Below, in pieces: positions 10,946 through 22,296 of a DNA stretch of 64,000 nt. Source of the stretch: Octopus bimaculoides (taxonomy: Eukaryota); NCBI RefSeq assembly GCF_001194135.2, contig NC_068981.1:188992340-189056339 (forward strand). The letters run 5' to 3'. Below the pieces are notes generated by a model that was given only the letters and a program-made list of their open reading frames with translations, was not told the origin of the DNA and made no database searches. The first letter of the stretch is position 1. Each line of letters begins with the position of its first letter. The translations under genes and the position numbers were made by a program.

Positions 10946-13178
10946 ATTATTTTTAAAATGATAAAATCTTAACAGAGAGCTCTAATCCTCTTCATATATT
11001 CTAACCTGTTTCTCTATCTCTTATAGAGCTTATTTAACATAATATAGAGCTTATTTATTTTAATTTAACTATAAAATGGTACTACAATAAAATACTGCTA
11101 CTCACAGTCATAATTACTGAGAGAAATTCACTAAAGGTACAATTGTGGTTGACTTGGCTAACATACATAATGAAGTACATGTTTTTGTTCACAAAAACCT
11201 AAATATTAACCTGCAAGCTCAACAAAATTAAGTATATCTTACTTTATCAGACATTTTAACACTATAAACCTAATTTCTAATTTCATATATTTACAACTCA
11301 GCTTATACCAAACCCTAACCACTACTGAAACTACATGCTATGCTTTGCTGCTTCGTCTAAAACATGCTCTCTCACTTTCATGGTCTGCTTGTCTTGTATA
11401 GCCACAAATCTGTCTAAAATGTATTTTGTTGAATCTCAGAGATAGCCTCAATACTTGTAGATCAGCCATCAGAATTGAAGTCATTTTGATATAAAATAAT
11501 CAAATAAGATAAGGCTTTGACATAGGCTCTGATATGTGGGCAATATGGTAAACACAGCATCTCTCATATCTTCTCTAATTTACAAGATGTAATGCTATTT
11601 TTAAAGGTGGTAAATGACCCTACATGTCACCTGGTTTAACATACCACCTTCCCCGCCTCCTCCTAGACCAGTACAGTTCTCAGCTAGTTTTTCATCACGG
11701 ACATCTTTGGTTTACTAAAGATGAGAATAAAATGGATAAATATACAAGTCAAAGCTGAGCCAACTAAGTATCCTGTATAGAGTAAAAATAACAGCCAAAT
11801 CTACCTTAAATCACACTCTACAATCTTAAAAGTAGGATGCAAGGGATAATGTAGTCCTGAATTCCCTGCACATAAAAAAAGTTGGGATGTCCACAGCTGA
11901 AATATCTTCCATCATGGGTCTGCTTGATCAGAGGTGACTTGGGGCAGCCATCCAGAGCTTCAACAGTAAGAAACCTTTTGGGTTCTGGCCCATCCTCCCA
12001 GATTTTAACCTCTCATCTCCTTGCTTACAACTGCCTCCCTTTCTATCATAACTCTACTCAGTCAAAGAATATCTAAGTCTTGTGAGTTACATGGTGGCCT
12101 CATTTGTGCTACTTCCACAAACAAAACACTCAATACACTCTAAAGTAGTTGGCATTTGGAAGGTCATCCAGCCATAGAAATCATGCCAAAATAGACATTG
12201 GAGCATAATGCAATCTTCAGACTAGTCACATCCTGTCAAACTATCCAACAACAGCTAGGATGGAAGATGAACATTAAAAGATGATAATGATTATCAGCCC
12301 TATACACAACTTACTAACATGCAAACCTAACATCTCTATGTGACAAAAATCTCTCAACCACTATTCTAGGCTATATTCTAAATTCCAACTTTTCTCTGAA
12401 AGATGATGTTTATGCATGTGTACAATCCATTCTCAATGCACACATTTTCTTGACTTTCTCACTTACATCTCAACAAAACAGTCCTTCTTCCCTATTATTT
12501 TAAGTTCTGTTTTCTTTGCCACACTCTAAACACCTCCAGCTGTTTGATTATCAAAATGCATCGAAGACACCTCTGTGCGTCTTCTCCACCTTTTCTCTAA
12601 GGTTATATTTTTAGATGACTTTACAGAATATAATTCCTATTGGCTATCATTGTCTCTCCCCCCCCCCCATTGATAATGTTGTCACAGAGGCTGAAGAGTC
12701 AGCCTTTTGAATTAGTTGCACCAATAAGTCTCCTCACCAACCCACATCTTTGAATATCTAAATACAATGAATTTCTTTCTCAGTTATAATCCAATATTTA
12801 CCTCACCATCACAGTCTCCTTCCTCACAAGCTAATTTCAGTACTATTTAATTAAGAACTTCCACTCATTATTAACTTTATCAATCCCTTTAATACTTCAA
12901 GTCAGCTAATTAATTGGAATTGTGCCATTCTAGTTTAAATCTTCCTAATAATACAATTACTGTATCTATGAATCTTTTAAAAGAATCTTTAATAATGATA
13001 TGCTACAAGGTATAACTTGAGCCTTAAACCAGATTGTGGAGGCACATGGCTTAGTGGTTAGTGTGTTGGACTTGAGCAAAACAGTTCATTTTCTGTTGCT
13101 CCAGTCCACTCAGCTGGTAGTAATGAGTAATCTTGTGACAGATCAGCATTCTGGCCAGGGAGGAATATATACACCATA

Positions 13179-13559
13179 GGCACAAGAGTGGATGTGTGGT
13201 GAAAAGCTTGCTTGCCAACCATATGCTTCTGGGTTCAGTACCACTACATGGCACCTTGGGCAAGTGTCTTCTACTATAGCTTCCGGCCGACTAAATCCTT
13301 GTGCGTGGATTTGGTAGATAGAAACTGAAAGAAGCCGATTGTATATATGTGTGTGTGTGTGTTTGTCTCCCCCCTTCCACATCACTTGACAACCGAGGCT
13401 GATATGTTTACGTCCTCATAACTTAGCGGATCGGCAAAAATGACCGATAGAATAAGTGTTAGGCTTACAAAGAATAAGTCCGGGGGGTCGATTTGCTCAA
13501 CTAAAGGCAGTGCTCCAGTATGGCCACAGTCAAATGACTGAAACAAGTAAAAGAATAAA
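13179..13559 (+). mobile_element. tRNA-derived SINE, family 1, near full length
   Basis: A/B-box-like head, internal (TG)n, 3' end ...CAGTCAAATGACTGAAACAAGTAAAAGAATAAA. Confidence 0.8.
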
Positions 13560-13706
13560 CTGGCCCTAGGCTCTTTACAGAGTGGTGTGGACTAACCAAA
13601 CCAGGTCATCATCAAGGAGAATTTAATTACTACAAAAGCATTTTGATAAGGAATTATTTACATTATTTACATTTGACGGATATTTGTCCTCATCTTGTTT
13701 GTTGTT

Positions 13707-13752
13707 AACACAACGTTTCAGCTGATATACCCTCCAGCCTTCATCAGGTGTC
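13707..13752 (-). ncRNA. Minimal type-I hammerhead ribozyme motif (family C, left arm)
   Basis: Minus strand: GACAC CTGATGA A GGCTG-GAGGGTATAT-CAGCT GAA ACGT T^ GTGTT. Palindromic helix III ACGU, GUU site. Confidence 0.7.
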
Positions 13753-13788
13753 TTGGGGAAATTTCGAACCTGGGTTCTCATTCCTAAG

Positions 13789-13827
<39 letters not shown>

Positions 13828-13992
13828 TCACTGCCTGGAACCGAACTCGGAATCTTGGGGTTAAGAGTGCAGGCTACTAACCCCAAGATTCTGAGTTCAA
13901 TTCCAAGCAGTGACCTGAACAATAATAATAATAATAATAATAACATCGAAAAATACCTTAGGAATGAGAACCCAGGTTCGAAATTTCCCCAG

Positions 13993-14038
13993 GACACCTG
14001 ATGAAGGCTGGAGGGTATATCAGCTGAAACGTTGTGTT
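13993..14038 (+). ncRNA. Minimal type-I hammerhead ribozyme motif (family C, right arm)
   Basis: GACAC CTGATGA A GGCTG-GAGGGTATAT-CAGCT GAA ACGT T^ GTGTT; identical to the left-arm motif. Confidence 0.7.
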
Positions 14039-14917
14039 AACAACAAAGGTAAGGACAAATATCTGTCAAATGTAAATAATGTAAATAATAAACATTTTGA
14101 ATTATGTATTTTAAAAATAATTGCAGTAATAGAATGATTCCACCAGGTTGGACACATAAAAATAATAAAACTTGGGGGAATCATTTTCACACAGTAGACA
14201 GAGAATACGCCTATTAAGATCAAGGAGAATATGACAAATATGTGAATAGTTTTGGGCTGTGGAGAGTTTGAATAATGCAAGATTATTCTTGATCTGAATA
14301 TACAAGCAAACTAGTAAGGTGTTACTAAAATATATTCATGTAAATTTGAATTGAAAATAATTGTCATTGTTTAACTCTGGATCAGTTATGATCAGGCAAA
14401 CATTAATCCAAAGTATCTCAGCTGTGGAGCATGCCATCTTTTTTTTGTACAGGCAATTCTTAACCAGAACTACATGATGCAATGTGTCCTGATAGGGGTA
14501 TATTTTTTCTTGCAACTCAAGCAATAATCTAGAAGTTCCCACATTGGATTTCAACAAGATTATTCTAAGTAAAGAAAATTTTGAAATTACATGGTTGAGA
14601 CTGTTGATACAAAAATGTATCTCTCGTTCATTGACAAGAGCTTAAACAAGTGTGTCACTTGGAAAATTGTTGTTGGTTTTCTCTTTACACAGAAGTTAAA
14701 ATACCTGTGTCTTTATTACTGGTGACATTGATCATTTGTACAACATACCTGTGTGTTTATTTTATTACTAATGACATTATACACTTGGTTACTTCACCAC
14801 TTTATAGTTAGAGCTGAAAATTTCTATTTTGAGATTTCACAACAGACTTAATAAATGTAAACAAAGCTTAGTGAAATGTCAACAAAGTGAAATTGTTTCT
14901 GTATATATCTTGTGTGT

Positions 14918-15298
14918 GGAGGCGCAATGGCCCAGTGGTTAGGGCAGCAGACTCGCGGTCATAGGATCACGGTTTCAATTCCCAGACCGGGCGTTGTGAA
15001 TGTTTATTGAGCGAAAACACCTAAAGCACCACGAGGCTCCGGCAGGGGATGGTGGCGAACCTTGCTGTACTCTTTCACCACAACTTTCTCTCACTCTTAC
15101 TTCCTGTTTTTGTTGTGCCTGTATTTCAAAGGGACCAGCCTTGTCACACTGTGTCACGCTGAATATCCCAGAGAACTACGTTATGGATACACGTGTCTGT
15201 GGAGTACTCAGCCACTTGCACGTTAATTTCACGAGCAGGCTGTTCCGTTGATCGGATCAACTGGAACCCTCGACGTCGTAAGCGATGGAGTGCCAACA
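14918..15298 (+). mobile_element. tRNA-derived SINE, family 2, full length with target-site duplication
   Basis: Head GGAGGCGCAATGGCCCAGTGGTTAGGGC, B-box GGTTTCAATTCC. 11-bp direct repeat ATATCTTGTGT at 14905-14915 and 15299-15309. Confidence 0.85.
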
Positions 15299-17436
15299 AT
15301 ATCTTGTGTATATTCTGTAACTTCTAAGTTTGATCAACACAAATTTAAACCTTCAATATCTCTACTGCAATTTGGTGTTGAATGTTTATCTTCTCCATCT
15401 TGAGCAAACTCCCCATGCTGCTGTTGAAGTTTTGAAGCACTATTGAACTTTTCATTTTCAATAATGCCATCTTATTACTTGCACAGTGGCTTATTTTTTA
15501 AATAAGTAGTTATGTGGAAGATGGCAATGAAGTCTTTTCTCATCTGGGCTATGCCCACCTTCTCTTCTATAATCTGTGTAGTCATATAGCTCAACAGCAA
15601 AAAACCTGTTCTGACCCCTTTTTTCAAAAGCTGCCTCCCATTCAACTATAACCCCACTCACTTGAAGGAAACTGTAGCCATGCATAGCAACCTCACTAGG
15701 GCTGGTGCGATGGGAAAAAAAGCACCCAATATTCAATACATGTTATAAAGTTGTTGGCATTAGGAAGAGCACCCACCTATAGAAACAATGCCAAAGCAGG
15801 CATGGGAATATGATGCAGTCACCAGACCCATCAGATCTTGTTGAACAATCCAACCTATGCCAGTATGGAACATGGGCATTAATCAATGATGATGTTAGGT
15901 ATATTAGTTTACTGAAGGAAAGTGGATAAGTTATGCCACAGCACAATTTGAAGTAGGCCTAGAAAATAAAAGTCTACTTTCATTATTTACATCAAGTGTA
16001 TGCCTTGTTGCAAGTAGCCTTACTGCTTTAATAGTTCAACAATTAAATACTTCTAGGAATGATTATAGAATTGCTTTCAAAATAATATGTGGATTAAAGG
16101 AAGATTCACAAGTCAGCCATTACTTCTATGCACCTAGCCATAAATTTATATCAGGTTAACAAATAAACTGTGATAATTATTCAGTAGTTATAGATTCACA
16201 TTTCTTTTTTTTTTTTCCAAGTGTTCGTTACACAATTTGTATAAATTTTGTTTTCGTTATTCTCTTACTGATTCAGCATTTCCTATTCTCTGTTCATTTC
16301 CTATCCACTGTTTCTAAACAGTGAAAGTCTTCATTGGCTGCTACAGGAAGTTCATTTCCTTCTCAGACGTACTAACAACAAATATAAAATTATATATTCA
16401 AAGAACATTTTGTAAAGAGGAAATACAATTGGTCAAAGAGATTTACTACTTGTTCTTATACAGAAGCTTATTCAGATGTTAGATTTACAGCTCCCTTCAG
16501 TTCATTGTTGACGATCTTAGTAGGACATTTCCGTTAAGTAATTGAGAGCAATACAGTATAGAGCAGAAAGCTGTGAGATCTTAGGATTAAAAGTATGCTA
16601 GAATAATCTGCTGTGAAAGACAGTAATGGAGCTGAACTTTGAAGAACTCTTCCGCTTCTTACTTGGAGATTTAACCGGATTACACTGAAGCAGACATCCA
16701 AGTAAGAGTCAAAGAAACAATAAACAGGAAGCTTGAACAAAAGTTTGGTTTCACTGTGCTTTGAAAGTATAAAAATATGAGTAAGGTGAGATTAATATGT
16801 TAATCTCTGTGTATTTATGCTTTATTCTTACATTGGAAAATGGAGTTTAGGAATTTAAATACAATAGTCTCTAATATTATCTTATTTGTATTTAAGAATA
16901 ATGTTGGGGATGATCAGGTAGTTTTAATCTGTTTTTAATTTCAATGTAGAAACTAAAGCAGATCATTAAGATTTGGTTGGGATTATACAATACTTATTGA
17001 AATAATCAGAAATTGCATTTATCTTACAATCAGTGGCAAAAGGTTTCCTTATTTAGTCTTATTAGCTTCACTGCTTCCAAATATTTGGAAGCAAATAAAT
17101 GTCCTAAAAATTATTATTCTTGTTAAATTTTCAGAAATAATTCTGATAGAAAGGTATCATTGAAAATGAGTTTAAGCTTTACTTGTGAGTTTCGCAACTG
17201 CCTAGAGGATTTTTTTTTCTACCCGATAAGAAATGAAGGGATCCCATAAATCATGGAATTTTATTCAACAGGATAGGCACGAATATCTTGGGTTATTTTC
17301 TCAATAAATATATCATATTTTGACTGTTTAAAAAGTCACAATATTACTAGAAAAAAACCAATCTTGTTTTTTAACTCAATTTTTTTAACATGGAGAGAAG
17401 GAAATATTACAATTTCTGAAATTTTTTTTCTTACAG

Positions 17437-17511
17437 GTCATGAAGTGAAAAGGCCATGGAAACCAATATTAGAAGTAAATAAAGCAAAGTGGATAGAAAT
17501 AGCAGCCCAAG
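17437..17511 (+). CDS. PDE1: PDE1 exon, C-terminal helix of the catalytic domain
   Basis: ttttcttacag|GT ... CAAG|gtattt. 75 nt, open in phase 1: (G)HEVKRPWKPILEVNKAKWIEIAAQ, matching the W...N..KW.E.AA end of PDE catalytic domains. Confidence 0.85.
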
Positions 17512-18044
17512 GTATTTGTCCTTGTAAATTGTAATTAATTGAGAAATGTTTTTATTTCAAACAATAAGACATTGTAAATAATAAATGCAATTGAAAAAAT
17601 TACTTGAAACGACTCATGAGAATTTTAATTAATGATAATAAAAGTAATATGTGTTTTTAATTAATTTGAAATGTAGTGTTTCATGGTCTTTCTAAATAAA
17701 TGCAATAAATCCTATATATTTGTGACAAACAACTTACATGTATAATCATGTTTCTAAGTTTCATAATTAACAAAAAATATTTCTTGTACAAAATAATTAA
17801 TAGCAACAGAAATAACAAAAGGTAATCTTGATCTCAAACTGAATGTGGACGTTGTATTAGAACACACAATACTGCATTATTTACCTTCAGAAAAACTTTC
17901 ATAAGGACTTGTAGTGTTTAAAAACACATTTAATTATTTTGTTGACTGACAAGAATCATTTGTTATGACAGCTAGTACTGCCAGATCACGTGATTTCACC
18001 CTACAATGGGTTCCTCAGTGACACATGTCCAGCAGAAGCACAAC

Positions 18045-18273
18045 AGGCGAGCTGGCAGAAGCATTAGCACGCCAGGCAAAATGCTTAGCGGTATTTTGTC
18101 GGCAACTACGTTCAGAGTTCAAATTCCACCGAGGTCGACTTTGCCTTTCATCCTTTCGAGGTCGATTAAATAAGTACAAGTTATACACTGGGGTCAATAT
18201 AATCGATTTCATCCGTTTGTCTGTCCTTGTTTGTCCCCTCTGTATGTAGCCTCTTGTGGGCAGTAAAGAAATA
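18045..18273 (+). mobile_element. tRNA-derived SINE, family 3, with target-site duplication
   Basis: Head GGCGAGCTGGCAGAA...GAGTTCAAATTCC, central GGTCGACTTTGCCTTTCATCCTTTCGAGGTCGAT block. 11-bp direct repeat AGAAGCACAAC at 18034-18044 and 18274-18284. Confidence 0.85.
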
Positions 18274-18770
18274 AGAAGCACAACAGTCAAATCTCCAGTC
18301 ATCAATATAAAAAAAATCTCATTGTCTATTCGAGCACTGATGTCACAAATAGCCAATGGGATTATTAAAAAAATAACTAATAGTGACAGAAACAGTAATG
18401 ATAACAGAAGGTAATCTTGATCTCTAACTTAACATGGGTGTTGTGTCAGAACACACAATACTGAATTATTTACCTTGAGAGAGTCTCTCATAAGAACTAA
18501 TGGTGTTTACGGACTGGTACCTGAATAGACACTTATATTCTTCTTTGTCAATGATATAATCATGCGTGCTTTTATGCACCATGAGTCCTTATGAGAGTTT
18601 CTCTCAAAGTAAACAATGCAGTATTCTGTGTTCTAACACAACCTCCATGTGAAGATGGAAATCAAGATTGTATTTCTTGCACAATTAATTTGTTTAATTA
18701 ACTAAAATATTCCTTGTCAAAGTATACACTTCAAATGTTTAACTTTACTTTTTCTCTTGTTGCATCACAG

Positions 18771-18961
18771 ATGCAGCAGAAAGAGCACTCAAGGTCTCAC
18801 TAAGAGCAAGTTCTGAGCAACTTGATGCTGACAGGCCTGAAAGCGCTTCCGAGAAGACTAAAACGCCTCCTGACAGTGACAATGTTTCACAGAAAGATGG
18901 TGATTCACAAAGTAATGACAAAGCTGCACCAACAGTTTCTCAAAAAGAAGAGCTATGCTGA
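18771..18961 (+). CDS. PDE1: PDE1 probable terminal coding exon
   Basis: Long pyrimidine tract, catcacag|AT. Open in phase 1: (D)AAERALKVSLRASSEQLDADRPESASEKTKTPPDSDNVSQKDGDSQSNDKAAPTVSQKEELC then TGA at 18959-18961. The tail is low complexity, so support is splice signal plus frame. Confidence 0.75.
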
Positions 18962-19329
18962 ACTTGCTTACAATGCTCTGATTACAATTTATGTACAGGC
19001 ACACATATACACACACACACACACACAGATGCACACATATATACAAAAGTTAACTAAGAATAATACTGACATATATACATGTTTATTGTGGTTGTATAAT
19101 AATTTTCAAAAGTCAGTCACACACACACACACAAATATATACACACACACACACACACATGCATACTTACATACACAAACACAACACATAGTTATAGTTT
19201 AACTAATGAATAGATACTGACATATTCATTCATATTTGGTGTGGTTGTATAATAGTATTCAAGACATACACACCACATGCACAAATGCATGAGTGTGAAT
19301 GTGTCCACACACATTTGTATATGTGTGTG

Positions 19330-19368
19330 CATATGTGTATATATAAATATATATACATATGTGTATAA

Positions 19369-19408
<40 letters not shown>

Positions 19409-19531
19409 ATGTGTATAAGTAAATATATGTACATATATATATATATATATATACACATATATATATATATACACATTTATATATATGTATATATAAATAT
19501 ATATATATATACATTTATATGTATGTGTATG

Positions 19532-19592
<61 letters not shown>

Positions 19593-19727
19593 NNNNNNNN
19601 NNNNNNNNNNNNNNNNNNNNNNNNNNNNNNNNNNNNNNNNNNNNNNNNNNNNNNNNNNNNNNNNNNNNNNNNNNNNNNNNNNNNNNNNNNNNNNNNNNNN
19701 NNNNNNNNNNNNNNNNNNNNNNNNNNN

Positions 19728-19790
<63 letters not shown>

Positions 19791-19845
19791 CATATACATA
19801 CATATATATATATAATACATACATATATATATATATAATACATAC
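19330..19845. repeat. (TA)n microsatellite with an internal N-gap
   Basis: Direct read; gap 19593-19727. Confidence 0.95.
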
Positions 19846-21904
19846 TGTGTGTGTGTGTCTGCGTTTTGTATGTGTACGTTTGTAAGTGTGTGTGCATGTG
19901 TGTATGTTTGTGTACAATGACCTCTGTACATTAATATATACATACATTCATTCGTATACATTTGAATATAACAAAGTAATACATGCCTTAGTGTTGAATC
20001 TGCCATCAGAACTAAGGCCATGATAATTTCTCATCATGTGCCACAATGTACCATTCTACTGCTAGCTTTCATTCTGAGTGTTGGATCCAACAGCATTTGC
20101 CTTAATGCTGGCCACAAAACATCCCCATATAATTCTTTTGCATTTTTTTCTCTTTTTATTTTTTTTTCCCAGATATTTATTCCATGAGAATCTAGAATCT
20201 TTCAGAATATAAGCATATAAAATCAGGGCTTCACTTACATATCATCACATCAAAATCGATGTTACTGTTAATAGCATTCACTTGATCTATAATTTATTGT
20301 ATTCTTTCAATTAAATGTATACGAAGTCAAATGCCATTTATATACAAACTTTTAATATCTACTTTTTATTTTTAAGAAATACCTAATAATTTTCATTTAA
20401 AAAAAAAAAAATTTTATTCAACTATTTATTTTCATTTTTCATTTTTTAAACCTTGGATTCTATATATTTTAGCATATTTTCAGAAGATCATAAAATGAAT
20501 GGTTCTGAAATAGAAGTTTTAGGAAACACTGCATTGCTGATCAAATACTCCATTAAAAAGAAACTTTTAACAAATGGATTATATATGTTCAACAGGATGG
20601 CCAGTGATTTAGACTAGCTATATAATAATTATGTTTGCACTTTGTATATTTAAATTATCTAATTTAACTGCTTTTTTTTTTCTAATATAAAATATTACAT
20701 TGTTTTTGTAACTCAAAGTAGTAACAAAACAAATTTGTATCTATACATAGAAATTCTTAAGTACTCTGTGCTTAGAAATCCTGTTGTGTAATTATTTCAG
20801 GACAAAAGCGAAATAAATCTCAGGATAAACTCTTAATCTGAAAATATCTGTTGATGAATGAATTGTCACTAAAGTAAGGTAACTTTGAAAATAAACATTT
20901 ATGTAAATATTATTTACTTGAACCAATTTTTAATTAGTAATAGTTAATCTTTGAATTGACTTTCAAAATTATTTCTAACTATCTTACTAAGAAAATTCAA
21001 CCATTTGATAAATACAGAGATATATTTATGGAACATCTAGGAATTTCCATGAATGAATTTAGAAAGTTTAATTAATAGCATTCAGTAAAAACACCCTTTT
21101 TTCCATGAATTCTTGTATGATTAGTTATTTAGATTAGATCAAAACATGTTTGGTAAACAAGATATGCAAAGGGAAATGAAAAGTAATTGACGTAATTTGA
21201 CTAATTTTATTGGGTTGGCTTTTATACTGGAAACATCACAAGCTTTGAAAGTAAACTTACTTTGTGCTACTGTTTTCCTAAATTTACCATTTTCCCAAAA
21301 CAAATGTGCTTATTTTGCATTATCAATTAAAACTTCATTTTTATCACCCAGTCTTCCATGAAATAGTTGCAATTAACCTGAACTAGATCCATAGCCTAAG
21401 TTCATATGCTCAGATCCTTAGAAATATATAGAATTTTTTTGCATGTTTATTAAAACTACGTCACTCTTCAAACAAATTTGATATACTTTCAGAAAACCAT
21501 TTGTAATTTAAAAAAAAAATCTTTTAATCAACTTAATGTGATATGGTTTATTGCAGATGAAAACATTTTGATTACAGTTTCAAAATTATCATCGAAATGT
21601 AAGAAGTTGTTTATTTCCTTTCTTTTCCTGCATTTTAGATAATTTGAAGTTCTTAGTATAAATAATTTCTGAAATATAATGAACTATGTAAGTGAAGCCC
21701 ATTGCCTTTTCCAGTCGAAATAAGAAAAACTTAAACTTGGCAATGATAATCAATGACTTTGTAAAACAAAAATGTCAAATTTCTTATAACGAATGGTGAT
21801 AAATAATTGTAATCAACGACTAGTGTGTGTTTATAACTCACTCCTTTTTTCCTTATGCATACATTCACACATACACAGTTTATATATATATATCTATATA
21901 TAGG

Positions 21905-22218
21905 AGCACTCTGTCGGTTACGATGATGAGGGTCCCAGCTGAGATACAATCAACGGAACAGCCTGCTTGTGAAATTAATGTGCAAGTGGCTGAGCACTCC
22001 ACGAACACGTGTACCCTTAATGTAGTACTCAGGGAGATTCAGCATTACACAGAATGTGACAAAGCTAGCCCTTTGAAATACAGGTACTACTCATTTTTGC
22101 CAGCTGAGTGGACTGGAGCAACGTGAAATGAAGTGTCTTGCTCAAGGACAGAAAGCGTCGCCGGGAATTGAACTCATAATTGTGAGCCGAATGCCCTAAC
22201 CACTAAGCCACACATCTT
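21905..22218 (-). mobile_element. tRNA-derived SINE, family 2 variant
   Basis: Minus-strand head GTGGCTTAGTGGTTAGGGC. 3' block (GCTCAGCCACTTGCAC.TTAATTTCAC.AGCAGGCTGTTCCGTTGAT) shared with 14918-15298. Confidence 0.8.
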
Positions 22219-22221
22219 CAC

Positions 22222-22296
<75 letters not shown>

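Larger units (their letters stand above)
13654..14088. mobile_element. Palindromic tRNA-head/(AAT)n/hammerhead element
   Basis: Arms ~13654-13862 and ~13879-14088 are inverted. The centre reads as a 5'-truncated tRNA (GGTTAAGAG, anticodon-like arm, GAGTTCAATTCC B-box), then (AAT)n, then a hammerhead. Confidence 0.75.

Noticed and set aside
13859-13915. tRNA-like sequence with an ACT anticodon-like loop, and similar heads in the SINEs
   Set aside because: No acceptor stem or complete D-arm, and it is embedded in repeats; these are SINE-type heads, not tRNA genes.
13623-14001. Overlapping ORFs on both strands with poly-L and poly-N
   Set aside because: They arise from the palindrome and its (AAT)n tract; the element is better explained as structured RNA.
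18822-20021. Many long YI/TH/CV-rich ORFs (also near 33555-33938, 56541-56860, 60686-61223, 62021-62297)
   Set aside because: They are translations of (TA)n, (CA)n and N runs, with no coding signal.
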